Shown: in pieces, positions 1 to 9,672 of the stretch | Position numbering within the stretch: position 1 is the stretch's first letter | How the letters are laid out: every line of letters starts with the position of its first letter | Assembly (NCBI GenBank): GCA_964508705.1 | Contig: CAZDUS010000002.1 | Span: 951-64,950, forward strand | DNA length: 64,000 bases | DNA from: an uncultured Verrucomicrobiota bacterium | Lineage (GTDB): Bacteria > Verrucomicrobiota > Kiritimatiellia > CAIKKV01 > CAITUY01 | Direction of reading: 5' to 3' | The notes under the pieces: generated by a model | Databases searched by the model: none | Told to the model about the DNA's origin: nothing | What the model saw: the letters and a program-made list of their open reading frames with translations, nothing else | Made by a program: the position numbers and the translations under genes

Positions 1-633
1 AGAGGAGGGGAAGGGTGGCGGGATCACGATGGTGTTGGTTGGCGGGGTGCGGTCCTGAATGTTGGTGATGGATAGCCAGTTGGTGGACATGAGGTTGGTG
101 GATGCCCAGATGATGTAGGGAGGGGGAGGCTGAATGAGGCTGTCGGCGCTTAGCCATTTCAGATGAGGATTGCCATTGGTTCTGGAGAGGTTGGTAAAGC
201 GGAGACCGAGCTCGGTTAATGAGCGGTGTGTAGGGATGGCCTTCCATGAAAGACTTAGGGAGGCCCCTTCGGGGGCGACAATCAGGCGGCGGATGACGGG
301 CAATTCTGGTTTTCCGATTTCGGAAGTGTGGCCGGAGTCCGGTACGGACAGACGACCGTGTATGCCGTTATTGTTGGATACATCGGTGGCTTCCAGGCCG
401 GGGATTGAAAAGACGATGTTCAGGGAATTTGCGGTGGTGGATTTGCGCGTGACTGAGGCTGGAGCGGGGTTCCCTTTGGATAGAGCCACCCACGAGGTCG
501 AGGAGGGTTGTGACGCTTGAGCGGTAATGGCCGCCGAGAGGACGAAAAATAGCGCACCAAGGCGTACATTCGCAGAGCGAATGGCCAAGTTGAGGGTCCC
601 CCTGTTAAAGCACCTTTGCCGCACCGGTGTCAT
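1..633 (-). CDS. Secreted protein (3' partial): Propeptide_C25-like segment followed by a PVC-type C-terminal domain
   Basis: Not in the ORF track because it runs off the window. Hand translation is open from ATG 645/633 to base 1: signal-like LGALFFVLSAAITAQA, then VPDSGHTSEIGKPELPVIRRLIVAPEGA (gingipain-propeptide-like), then LKWLS...YIIWASTNLMSTNW...RTPPTNT. Confidence 0.7.
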   Translation of the reverse strand, partial: MTPVRQRCFNRGTLNLAIRSANVRLGALFFVLSAAITAQASQPSSTSWVALSKGNPAPASVTRKSTTANSLNIVFSIPGLEATDVSNNNGIHGRLSVPDSGHTSEIGKPELPVIRRLIVAPEGASLSLSWKAIPTHRSLTELGLRFTNLSRTNGNPHLKWLSADSLIQPPPPYIIWASTNLMSTNWLSITNIQDRTPPTNTIVIPPPFPSS

Positions 634-643
634 TTCGTGTCTC

Positions 644-652
644 ATTATAACA
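644..652 (-). promoter_or_regulatory. Extended -10 promoter (TG-T-TATAAT) for the minus-strand gene
   Basis: Reverse complement reads TGTTATAAT. It overlaps ATG 645, which favours ATG 633 as the start. Confidence 0.5.
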
Positions 653-691
653 TAAGGAGTGAAGGGATTCCATTTTTTGATGTGGTGTGTC

Positions 692-719
692 TTGACGTGG
701 CTGGTTTCGGCTTCATAAT
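692..719 (+). promoter_or_regulatory. Sigma70-type promoter of the ABC operon
   Basis: TTGACG-N16-CATAAT, 36 nt upstream of ATG 756. Confidence 0.55.
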
Positions 720-755
720 GCGGGGATTCATAGTGGCAATGGCGTGGAAGGCTTT

Positions 756-1484
756 ATGGTAATTGATATCTCGCATGTAACTCAACGATTCGGGGCGACT
801 ACGGCCCTTGATGACGTTTCACTACAAGTGAAACATGGTGAGGTTGTTGCCTTGGTGGGGCCGAGCGGGGCAGGCAAATCGACCCTGTTGCGCCTTATGA
901 CTTCCTATATTTTTCCAACGGCGGGCACGGTCCAGATTGGCGGGGTGGATACTCAGGAGGATTCGATCAGGGTTCGCAGAATGATCGGGTATTTACCGGA
1001 GCGAGACGCGGTTTATCCTGAAATGCGGGTGATGGAGTATTTGTCGTTCCGGGCGAGATTGAAGGGATTGACGGGACGGGCTCGGCAAAAGAAGTTGCGA
1101 GAACTGGTGCAGAGGTGCGGATTGGGGGGGGTGGAGCGCGCTTTGATGGGATCCCTGTCCAAGGGTGAGACGAGGCGGGTATTGTTGGCGGATAGCTTGG
1201 CGGGGCATCCCTTGGTTTTATTATTGGATGAGCCAACGTTGGGACTTGATCCGATGAACGCGGAACGGATCCAGTCGTTTTTTGTGGCGCCAAAGGATGA
1301 GGGCGCGGTGGTGTTCTCGACGCATGACTGGCGCGAGGCGGAGACACTGGCGACACGGGTGGCGGTGTTGAATGCCGGGCGGTTGGTGGCCTTTGAGAGT
1401 CCTGCCAAGATGATGGCGGATAGCGGGACTTCGGATCTTCGCGGGGCTGTCATGAAGCTTGTTGGGAAACGGGGGGAAACATGA
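756..1484 (+). CDS. ABC transporter ATP-binding protein (GldA-like)
   Basis: Walker A GPSGAGKST, signature-like LSKGE, Walker B LLLDEPT, H-loop STH. ATG 756 follows GGAAGG. Confidence 0.9.
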   Translation: MVIDISHVTQRFGATTALDDVSLQVKHGEVVALVGPSGAGKSTLLRLMTSYIFPTAGTVQIGGVDTQEDSIRVRRMIGYLPERDAVYPEMRVMEYLSFRARLKGLTGRARQKKLRELVQRCGLGGVERALMGSLSKGETRRVLLADSLAGHPLVLLLDEPTLGLDPMNAERIQSFFVAPKDEGAVVFSTHDWREAETLATRVAVLNAGRLVAFESPAKMMADSGTSDLRGAVMKLVGKRGET

Positions 1485-3721
1485 GTACGGCGCATCCGCT
1501 ATGGCGGCGGGAGATGAGGGCGTGGCTGTTGTCGCCGAGTCATTATTTGATGGGGGCGGCATTTTTGTTCCTGACAGGGGTGGGGTTCTGGGTCAGCGTG
1601 TTGACGATGCCCGGGCGTGGGTTGTTGATGTCGGAGGTTACTTTTGGTGGCATTTTGTTCTGGATGGCGGTGGTGGCCACGGCGTCGATTTGCTCGGTGC
1701 GTCCGATGGGCGAGGAGCAGGAGCGAGGTACGCTGGAGCTTCTGTTGACGGCGCCTGTTGAAGAAGTGGACATCATTCTTATCAAATTCGGGACGACGGT
1801 GATGTGGCTGACGGCGTTATGTGTGCCTGCGGTTTCCTATCCCTGGTTGTTGAGTTTTCTGGCGGGGCCACCGGGCGGGATGGATGTTGGGGCCTGGGCG
1901 GCGGGAGTGTTGATCTTGTTACTGGTGATCGGGCTGGTGACGGCGACAGGTTTGTTGTTTTCGCAGGTGTTGAGGCGGCAGTCGGCTGCGGCGGTGGCGA
2001 CCTTTGTTGTGACAGGCATGGTGGTGTTCCGCGGGGCATTGCGGAGCTGGATCGGGACAGGGGGGGCGGATTCGAGCGATGGATTCGCCTTGGTGGGTTC
2101 GCATGTGGCGTCGTTTGCGGCGGGACTGGTGGATAGTCGCGCGATCATTTTCTATCTGGTGACGATAGTGGCGTTGTTGTTCCTTAATGTCCGAATACTC
2201 CAGTTGGCGCGCTGTCGGCGGCCATCGGGTGTCATGAACTTGATCGTGGCATCGATGTTGACGGTGGTGTTGGTTCTGATGGTGAATTATGTGTCAATAC
2301 AGCATGGGGTAAAGTGGGATTGGACGAGTGGTGGCAGTGGGTTGCTGTCAGGAAAGACGGTGGAGGTGTTAAGGGGCCTCAAGACGCAGGGGACGGTGAC
2401 GCTGATGGCGCGAGCGGGGGACCCCTTGGTGCCAGCGGCGCGGCGGTTGTTGACCCAATATGAGCAAGCCTCGTCGGCGTTGACGATTCATTATGTGGAT
2501 CCGGATGTGGAGATTGGGCGGACGCGTGATTTGGTGAGGCAGTATTCCATCCGGGAGAGTGGGGCGCTTATTGTGGAGTTCGGGCAACGCAAGAGGGTGT
2601 TGTATTTGAGTGGGTTCCTGCCGAAGTCCCGATCGGTCAAGGGGCGGCAACCGCGCGGCGGGATATTCCTTGGGGCGATGGAGCAGGGGTTAACGTCGGC
2701 TATTCACGGGTTGGCGCGCGAAACGGTGCCAGTGGTTTACTTCCTTGGCGGGCATGGGGAGAGGAACCCGGATGATTATGGAGATTTTGTCGGGTACTCG
2801 GAGATTGCCGGAGCTTTGAGGGATAGTCCGGCGGAAGTGAGATCCTTGACACTGGAAGCGCCGGGTGGGGTCTCGAATGATTGTTCGTTGCTGGTGATCG
2901 CCGGTCCGGTGCGGTCATTCACGCCGTGGGAGGTTGGAAGGATTCGGGATTATCTGGCACTGGGTGGGCGGTTGATGGTGATGATTGACGCGGGAGTTGA
3001 GACGGGTTTGGAGTCGTTGCTTGAAGAGTGGGGTGTCAAGGTGGGTGGTGGATTTGTTGTGGACCAGAGGGGTGGTGTTGTGGTGCCGCTTGATAAGGGG
3101 AGGGCGGCGACGGGAATGGGAGAGGTGTTGTTGACGACGTATGGGTTGCATCCTGTGACGCGAGGAATGGGCGTATTGGTCAGCACCTTGACAATGCCGC
3201 GACCGGTGGAGCCGGGCGATGGAGCGGCGTCGGCGCGGATTACGGATCAGATCGACAGGCCGCAAGCAGTACGGTTGGCGTTGACCTCGAGGAAGAGTTG
3301 GATGGAGACGGATACGGAGAGACAGCCGCCGCAGTATAACGAAGGATACGACAGGCAGGGGCCCCTGAGCGTGGCGGTGGCGGTGGAAAAGGCCGGGCGC
3401 TCGGCGATCAAGATGGATATTCGTCCGGTGCGACTGGTGGTGATTGGCGATTCGCAGTTTGCGGCGAACCGATGTTTGACGGGCGGGAACCGATTGTTAT
3501 TCATGAATGCGGCCGGCTGGCTGTTGGAGCGATCGACGGGGGATAACGTCAGTTCGGTGGTGGGGATGTTTGATCTGAAGCTGAGTCCCGAGAGTCGATG
3601 GCCGGCGTTTCTTCTGATTGCGACGATGTGGCCCGTGGTGATGTTGAGCCTGGCGGTTTTGATTGGGCTGGCGCGTCGTGATGCCCGTAGCCGCAGACCA
3701 AGGGAAGGGGTGGCGGCATGA
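1481..3721 (+). CDS. Fused ABC-2 permease (GldF-like) and ABC auxiliary domain (GldG-like)
   Basis: N-terminal multi-TM domain with EEQERGTLELLLTAPV, then GldG motifs YVDPD, YFLGGHGE, LVIAGP, RLVVIGDSQF and a C-terminal TM. ATGA overlap with the upstream gene. Confidence 0.85.
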   Translation: MSTAHPLWRREMRAWLLSPSHYLMGAAFLFLTGVGFWVSVLTMPGRGLLMSEVTFGGILFWMAVVATASICSVRPMGEEQERGTLELLLTAPVEEVDIILIKFGTTVMWLTALCVPAVSYPWLLSFLAGPPGGMDVGAWAAGVLILLLVIGLVTATGLLFSQVLRRQSAAAVATFVVTGMVVFRGALRSWIGTGGADSSDGFALVGSHVASFAAGLVDSRAIIFYLVTIVALLFLNVRILQLARCRRPSGVMNLIVASMLTVVLVLMVNYVSIQHGVKWDWTSGGSGLLSGKTVEVLRGLKTQGTVTLMARAGDPLVPAARRLLTQYEQASSALTIHYVDPDVEIGRTRDLVRQYSIRESGALIVEFGQRKRVLYLSGFLPKSRSVKGRQPRGGIFLGAMEQGLTSAIHGLARETVPVVYFLGGHGERNPDDYGDFVGYSEIAGALRDSPAEVRSLTLEAPGGVSNDCSLLVIAGPVRSFTPWEVGRIRDYLALGGRLMVMIDAGVETGLESLLEEWGVKVGGGFVVDQRGGVVVPLDKGRAATGMGEVLLTTYGLHPVTRGMGVLVSTLTMPRPVEPGDGAASARITDQIDRPQAVRLALTSRKSWMETDTERQPPQYNEGYDRQGPLSVAVAVEKAGRSAIKMDIRPVRLVVIGDSQFAANRCLTGGNRLLFMNAAGWLLERSTGDNVSSVVGMFDLKLSPESRWPAFLLIATMWPVVMLSLAVLIGLARRDARSRRPREGVAA

Positions 3722-5562
3722 CGTGGAGACCTGTTAGATGGTTGTTGGTGGCGATTGCGTTTCTGGGGCTGTTTATTGTTGTCTTTGAGCGTCGCATGCC
3801 CAGCGAAGGGCTGGCGGTGTTGAAAGAGGAACCGTTGTTGCCTATAGACGTGGAAGCGATAACCCGGTTGAGTGTGGTGACGCGCGATTTCAAGGCGGAC
3901 TGTGTGGCTCGGAACGGCAAGTGGCGTCTGGTGCGGCCTGTGGAAACACGTGCCGATGCGGCGGCGGTGACGCGAATTCTGGAGGCGCTGAATCGGACGG
4001 TTCAGGAAGAGGTCATCAATGTGGAGCGGCAGACGCAGAGAGGTCTATCGTTGGCGAGTTTTGGATTGGATGTGCCGAGGGCGAGGCTGTTTGTTGGTAC
4101 GGAGCAACATCAGGATGAGGTGGTGATTGGTGGCGAAGTGCCACTGACGAAGCAGGTGTATGTGATGCTCGGGGCGTCGCCGGATGTTGTGGCGGCGAGT
4201 GGTGATATTGAGGGGGCGATTCCCTTGAGTCTTGATGGGTTGCGGGACCGGGCAGTGATACCGGCGGCCTTTAAGCGGATATCCCGGATGGAGATCAAGC
4301 ATGCCGAGGGGTTTGTGCAGTTGGTGTTCCGCGGAGGGGAGTGGAGAATTCAGCAACCACAGGAGGGACGTGCGGACGGGGCGGCCGTGGAGCGGTTGAT
4401 TGGGGATTTGCGGCAGTTATCCATGGAGTCATTTGGAGGGGAGTCGCTGGTTTCCGATCCTGTGTCGTACGGGTTTGGTCAGGACGAGGCGGTTTTACAG
4501 GTTTCGGTATGGCAGGAGGGCAGTCAGGAGCCGATCGAGTTGGTGGTGGGTAAGGATAAGCAGGATAAACCGGATTTGGTTTACGCGAGGGTGAGTGACA
4601 TGGGGGCGATAGGTCTTCTCAGGAAAGAGTTGATTGCGCCATTGATGGTTGGGGTTGAATCGCTAGATGACCGTCGGTTGTGTGATGCCATTCCTTCGGA
4701 GGTGGTGTCCGTGGTGTTGCGCGATGGGGAAACGAAGTTGGTCATGGAACGGCAGGATGGGGGTGGGTGGGTGATTACGGATCCTTTCCGGCGGCGTGCG
4801 GATGCGGTCGCAGTGGGTGGATTATTGAGGAGGTTGTGCAATATTCAAGCGGAGCCTGTTACAGGGCTGGCGGCCACCAATGTGATGTTGCAGATGAATA
4901 CGGCAGTGACGTGGCGGGTGGAATTATCGACAGTGCCGGTTTCCAACAAGGTTACGACAGGGATGTCGACAGAGGTGACGCCGGGTGGGGCATGGACATA
5001 TCTGGTGGCCACGAACGCAGGCGACGGATCGTGTGTGGTGTATCATGAGGAGGCGCATCAGGTATTGCGGATAAGGCTGAGTGATTTTCCGGGCATAGCG
5101 GCGGGTGGTGAAGTTATGCCGGTTGTGAACGCGTTGCAGTACATGGACCGGAAACTATTGGATTTGGATTCATCCAAGGTGCGTCGGTTGACCTTGATGT
5201 ATGATGGTGTGGAGGAAAGTGTTGTACGAGATGCACAGGGGCGATGGGCGGCGGATTCACCTCCGGAGGCAAAGGTGTCGGATGAGGGGGTGACAAGTGT
5301 GTTGCAGGGTGCTAGCGAGTTGAGGGCGGAGCGAGTGGAGTCAGCCTTGGTGACGAACCTGGCGTTTTATGGGTTGGGTGAGAAGGCGACACGGTTGACG
5401 ATCGGGCTTTCGGGAAGCGGGGGGATCCAGAAGACTGTGGTTCTCGGAGCGACGACTGTTGACGGTAACGTGTATGCGGCGCTTCAGGGACAGGATGTGG
5501 TTTTTGTGTTGCGGAAGGACATGGCGGCGGCATTGATGCGAAGACTTGTCGTTGGACAATGA
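3718..5562 (+). CDS. DUF4340 repeat protein
   Basis: N-terminal TM, then repeats of W-x-(L/I)-x2-P...RAD...V..L..L with (F/Y)GL motifs and LRDR/LDDRR/MDRK junctions. This is the usual partner of GldAFG-like operons. Confidence 0.75.
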   Translation: MTWRPVRWLLVAIAFLGLFIVVFERRMPSEGLAVLKEEPLLPIDVEAITRLSVVTRDFKADCVARNGKWRLVRPVETRADAAAVTRILEALNRTVQEEVINVERQTQRGLSLASFGLDVPRARLFVGTEQHQDEVVIGGEVPLTKQVYVMLGASPDVVAASGDIEGAIPLSLDGLRDRAVIPAAFKRISRMEIKHAEGFVQLVFRGGEWRIQQPQEGRADGAAVERLIGDLRQLSMESFGGESLVSDPVSYGFGQDEAVLQVSVWQEGSQEPIELVVGKDKQDKPDLVYARVSDMGAIGLLRKELIAPLMVGVESLDDRRLCDAIPSEVVSVVLRDGETKLVMERQDGGGWVITDPFRRRADAVAVGGLLRRLCNIQAEPVTGLAATNVMLQMNTAVTWRVELSTVPVSNKVTTGMSTEVTPGGAWTYLVATNAGDGSCVVYHEEAHQVLRIRLSDFPGIAAGGEVMPVVNALQYMDRKLLDLDSSKVRRLTLMYDGVEESVVRDAQGRWAADSPPEAKVSDEGVTSVLQGASELRAERVESALVTNLAFYGLGEKATRLTIGLSGSGGIQKTVVLGATTVDGNVYAALQGQDVVFVLRKDMAAALMRRLVVGQ

Positions 5563-5634
5563 CGGGGAAGGGTGAGTGACCGAGGGCGTTGGTAGTGGTG
5601 TGTAAAATGACAAGTGGCGAGCGAAGAGTGAGAC

Positions 5635-7500
5635 GTGATAAATCAGCATGAGAAACTTTATTCAGGCAGGCGCGGCAACGTCAGGCGTGGCGTTTTGTTT
5701 GTGCTTGTCGTTGTGCCGCTGATCCTGTTGTGGATGGCATGGGTTGGGATCCCGAGTTTCCTGACAGAGCGTCTACTGGCCGCTGTCAATAAGGGGGATT
5801 GGTATTGTGAGGTTTCGCATCTAACCCTGCATCTGCGGGGCGGAATCACGGCGCACCAATTGCGCGTCTACCCAAAGGGTGTTGCGGGTCCACCCTGTTT
5901 TCAAGCTGAACGTGTCGGTGTGCGTTTTGTTTTGCTCGAGAAGGGGCTTGGATGGGGGTCGAGGATCAAGGAGGTGGCGGTTATAGGGGGGGTGGTTCGT
6001 CCATATCAGCGACAGGGGGGCGACAAGAAAGGGGGAGGAGAGAGTGCGGCGATTGATGTCAGGGTGCAGCTTGCGAATGTTGATCTGATGGGGGTGGCCA
6101 TCCGGCGTGGTCATGCCAGAATTAAATTAGATCCGGAGGCTATTGCTTTCTCGGATATGGATTTCTTGGTCGGTGATGAACTAAATTCGGGGACCGTCCA
6201 AGGCGAGGTGGTTATGCTGAACGCCGGTGGTGTTCGCGGGCGACTAGTGACCCGTGTGGACCCGCGTGCGGTACAGCCGTTTCTGGAATCGGTGGGGTTA
6301 AGTTTGTCCGCTGTGTTTGATCGATTTTCATTTCATGGCGAGCCGCCTGCGTTGGAGGTGAAATTTGAGACTCCGACCGTCAATCACAGTCTGGGTGTCA
6401 CGGAAGGGATTTTTCAGGCGTCTGGATTCGCATATAGGGGGGCCGCCATTGGGTTTGCCAATGTTACTTGGAAGTATGAACGTGGAGGTGGGGTCAGTCG
6501 ATTGATGCTCAATCCCGTGGTGGTTGTGATATCGGGGCGATCAGTGACTGGTGGGGTGACGGTTGATATGGCGCAGGGAAGTGTGGGAGGGGAAGCGGTG
6601 TCGACTATTGAGTTGCCGACGTTGGCGCGGATTATTGAACTGCCCCCGGGGTGGCTGTCGGAGTCGTGGGTGTTTGGGGAGCGGGGGCGGATTTACGGGA
6701 AGGGAGTTTTTTCATACAGGGACAGGGCCTTGACGTCCTTGGAATTGTCGGCGGATGGAGATCAGCTGAGGTTTAGGCGGTTTAACGTAAGCGACATTAC
6801 CGCCCGATGTTTGATGAGGGGAGTAACGAATGATTTGGTGGATGTCCGGGGGCGAGTGGCGGGCGGTACATTCACGGCGGCTGTAACGTTTGTTCCGGAT
6901 GATGTGGAGACTAATCTCGTCCGGTATGCGGTTAAGGGTGAGGTATTGCATGCGGATTTTCATGAGCTGTTGGATATGGTGAACGCTGTGACGTCGACGG
7001 GGATTCAGGGGAAGGTGTATGGGAATATGGAGCTGACGGGGCTTATCGGAGGATCGTCGACGGGGTTGGTTGGACGGGGTGAGTTGAATATCCGGCAGGG
7101 ATACCTGTTCACGATTCCTCTGTTTGGAGGACTCACTGAAGTTTTGAAGTCGAGATTCTCCGGAGTGGATTTTTTGGTTTCACAGAGGGAAGCCAGGGCG
7201 TCGTTTGATATCAAACAGGGGAGGGTGAGGACCAAGGATGCCCGGATTGACGGGGATGTGTTCGCCATCGGGGCGGAAGGTGAGTGCGGGTTGGATGGTC
7301 GATTATCGTTTGTTGTGCAAGTCAAGCCAGTGACGGAGCGGAAGGTGATCGGGCCTACGCTGCGAATGCTGACGTATCCAATCAGCAAGCTCATGGAATT
7401 GAAGCTGGATGGCACGATAGGCAAGCCTCAATGGAAGTCCACAACGTTGTCGTGGTCGGAGTGGTTTGGGGGAGATTCGAAGAAGGAGGAGGGGAAGTGA
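5635..7500 (+). CDS. AsmA-like family protein
   Basis: N-terminal TM anchor, long Gly-rich beta-type body, C-terminal GRGELNI...IPLFGGL and LKLDGTIGKPQW. Confidence 0.7.
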   Translation: MINQHEKLYSGRRGNVRRGVLFVLVVVPLILLWMAWVGIPSFLTERLLAAVNKGDWYCEVSHLTLHLRGGITAHQLRVYPKGVAGPPCFQAERVGVRFVLLEKGLGWGSRIKEVAVIGGVVRPYQRQGGDKKGGGESAAIDVRVQLANVDLMGVAIRRGHARIKLDPEAIAFSDMDFLVGDELNSGTVQGEVVMLNAGGVRGRLVTRVDPRAVQPFLESVGLSLSAVFDRFSFHGEPPALEVKFETPTVNHSLGVTEGIFQASGFAYRGAAIGFANVTWKYERGGGVSRLMLNPVVVVISGRSVTGGVTVDMAQGSVGGEAVSTIELPTLARIIELPPGWLSESWVFGERGRIYGKGVFSYRDRALTSLELSADGDQLRFRRFNVSDITARCLMRGVTNDLVDVRGRVAGGTFTAAVTFVPDDVETNLVRYAVKGEVLHADFHELLDMVNAVTSTGIQGKVYGNMELTGLIGGSSTGLVGRGELNIRQGYLFTIPLFGGLTEVLKSRFSGVDFLVSQREARASFDIKQGRVRTKDARIDGDVFAIGAEGECGLDGRLSFVVQVKPVTERKVIGPTLRMLTYPISKLMELKLDGTIGKPQWKSTTLSWSEWFGGDSKKEEGK

Positions 7501-8885
7501 TGCAGGAAGTGGGTGGTGACGCAATAACGCCAGCGGTTTATATCAAGACTTATGGTTGCCAGATGAATGAGCGCGACAGCGAGAGCGTGGCGGCGTTACT
7601 GGTCCGGCATGGATATCGGATGGCAGGCGGCGAGACGGATGCGGATGTGATTATTGTCAACACGTGCAGTGTGAGGGGGAAGGCGGAGGATAAGGCGCTG
7701 GGCAAGCTGAGGTTGATGACGGTGCAGAAGCGGGAGCGGCGCGGGGTGATTGTCGGGGCGGTGGGCTGTATGGCGCAGAGGATGGGGGAGGAATTTCTCG
7801 GGCAGGTCAAGGGGTTGGATTTTGTGGTGGGACCGAGGCGGTTGCATGTGTTGCCTGCGGTGATAGATGCGGTGAGGGCTGGCAGGGGCCCCGTGGTTGA
7901 TACGGGTGAAGGTGGCGGCGATGACGGGGGCCCGTTGACAGATCATGTGGAAGGAAAGATGTCGGCGTTTGTCAACATCCTGCTCGGATGCGACCGGCAC
8001 TGCGCTTATTGCATTGTGCCGACGGTTCGAGGGCGGGAGTGGAGCCGGTCTGCGGAGAGTGTTTTGCATGAGGTTCGTGCGTTGGCGGAGCGCGGGGTGA
8101 GGGAGGTAACGCTTTTGGGGCAAAGCGTGATGTCGTATGGGCGGGCTAATCCGGTTTGGCCGGAGGGGTTTGTGTCGCCGCTTGGATTTAAGGAGCCGCT
8201 ATCGCGGTTGTTGGACGCGGTGTGCGGGGTTGACGGGATTCGGAGAGTTAGGTTCACGTCGGGGCATCCTTCGGGTTGCACGGAAGAATTGGCAAGAGCC
8301 ATGGCTGAACTGCCGGCGGTTTGTGATCATTTGCATTTGCCGGTGCAATCGGGGTCGGACCGGATTCTTGGATTGATGAGGCGCGGGTATACGGCGGAGG
8401 GATATTTGCGAGCGGTTCGGCGTTTGCGGGAGGCAGTTCCCACGTTGGCCTTGACGTCGGATGTGATTGTTGGATTTCCGGGCGAGACGGAAGATGATTT
8501 TGAGGCGACGCGGCGGTTGATGGAAGAGGCCGAATTCGACAATACGTTTATCTTTAAGTATTCGCCGCGTGAGGGGACCCCGGCGGCGCTGCTGCCAGAT
8601 GAAGTTAGCGATGAGGAGAAGATGAAAAGGAATCATGTATTGCTAACCGATCAGGATGTGCGCGGGATAAGGCTTAATGAGAGAGTGGTGGGGAATGTTC
8701 TGGAGGTGATGGCGGAGGGGCCAAGTTTAAGGAACAAGGAGAACTGGGCTGGGCGTTCAGGGACGAACAAGATCGTGATTTTTGAACCTCGTTTGGCGGT
8801 GAGTGTCGGTGATATAGTGCCAATCCTTATTGAAAAGGCGGCGCCTCAAACGCTTTACGGAACCATGGTTGGAGACAGCAAGTGA
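7500..8885 (+). CDS. miaB: tRNA-2-methylthio-N6-dimethylallyladenosine synthase
   Basis: TYGCQMN, NTCSVR, VGCMAQ, radical SAM motif CDRHCAYC, HLPVQSGSD, C-terminal TRAM domain. Start ATG 7500 (TGATG overlap). Confidence 0.95.
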   Translation: MQEVGGDAITPAVYIKTYGCQMNERDSESVAALLVRHGYRMAGGETDADVIIVNTCSVRGKAEDKALGKLRLMTVQKRERRGVIVGAVGCMAQRMGEEFLGQVKGLDFVVGPRRLHVLPAVIDAVRAGRGPVVDTGEGGGDDGGPLTDHVEGKMSAFVNILLGCDRHCAYCIVPTVRGREWSRSAESVLHEVRALAERGVREVTLLGQSVMSYGRANPVWPEGFVSPLGFKEPLSRLLDAVCGVDGIRRVRFTSGHPSGCTEELARAMAELPAVCDHLHLPVQSGSDRILGLMRRGYTAEGYLRAVRRLREAVPTLALTSDVIVGFPGETEDDFEATRRLMEEAEFDNTFIFKYSPREGTPAALLPDEVSDEEKMKRNHVLLTDQDVRGIRLNERVVGNVLEVMAEGPSLRNKENWAGRSGTNKIVIFEPRLAVSVGDIVPILIEKAAPQTLYGTMVGDSK

Positions 8886-8887
8886 TA

Positions 8888-9430
8888 ATGACAATAGGCA
8901 TATTTTCCCTGGGATTGGGAGTGATTCATCTTTTGGCGGGGCTCGGGTTGGCGGTGACGCCTGCTGGCTCCCGCGAGTGGTTGAGGGTGTTTCCCCGGCA
9001 TGTGTGGATTGGACGGGTGTTGGCCGCCGTGGCGTTGGCATGGTCTGCCTTGCTTGTCTGGGAGATGCCACTGGGATGGTTTGACGCATATAAGCAGTGG
9101 CTTTGGGTGGGGGCCCCAGTCTGTTACTTGCTGGTGGTATTGTTCCTGGATGAGTTGTTGGCTTCACGCGCCTTGGGCGGGTTGCTGCTGTTGGTGCCAG
9201 CTCCTTTATTGGATGCGGCGAGATTTCATGAGTCGATATGGCGGTTGGCGCCGATTTTGCTGGCGTATGCATGGGTTATCCTCGGGATACTGCTGGTGTT
9301 GGGACCGTATAGATTCAGGAAATGGGTTAATGTGTTGTGTGCGACCGAAAAACGATGTCAGTGGATGGCGTGGGGGTTGCTGGGGTTGGGGGCCTTGTTT
9401 GTGGTTTTGGCGCTGACGGCGTTCAGGTGA
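8888..9430 (+). CDS. Hypothetical integral membrane protein (about 6 TM)
   Basis: Hydrophobic ORF tightly coupled to miaB, motif DELLASRALGG. Confidence 0.7.
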   Translation: MTIGIFSLGLGVIHLLAGLGLAVTPAGSREWLRVFPRHVWIGRVLAAVALAWSALLVWEMPLGWFDAYKQWLWVGAPVCYLLVVLFLDELLASRALGGLLLLVPAPLLDAARFHESIWRLAPILLAYAWVILGILLVLGPYRFRKWVNVLCATEKRCQWMAWGLLGLGALFVVLALTAFR

Positions 9431-9521
9431 ACCTATAAAGAGTATGTTTTTGAGGTCATTTTGGCCAAGAAACTGTTGACATGATTTTGGTATGCTGATA
9501 ACTGTATCGGCCTTCTTTTAC

Positions 9522-9606
9522 GCACCCGTGGTGGAATTGGCAGACACGTAAGATTCAGGTTCTTATACCGCAAGGTGTGGGGGTTCAACTCCCTCCGGGT
9601 GCACCA
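9522..9606 (+). tRNA. tRNA-Leu(CAG)
   Basis: Acceptor stem GCACCCG/CGGGTGC, anticodon stem TAAGA/TCTTA with loop TTCAGGT, long variable arm, TTCAACT T-loop, encoded CCA. Confidence 0.95.
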
Positions 9607-9672
9607 CCTGCGGACCGCATGTGCAAGGCGTTATCGGAGCATATCAATATTCTAGTTTCCAGGTGACCCTCG

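Noticed and set aside
170-520. 116-aa plus-strand ORF
   Set aside because: Shadow of the better minus-strand gene 1..633; no recognisable motif.
7284-7499. N-terminal extension of miaB
   Set aside because: Overlaps the AsmA-like gene; MiaB homology starts after ATG 7500.
9522-9606. tRNA-Leu or tRNA-Gln as integration sites
   Set aside because: No integrase, no duplicated tRNA 3' end seen, and core genes flank both.
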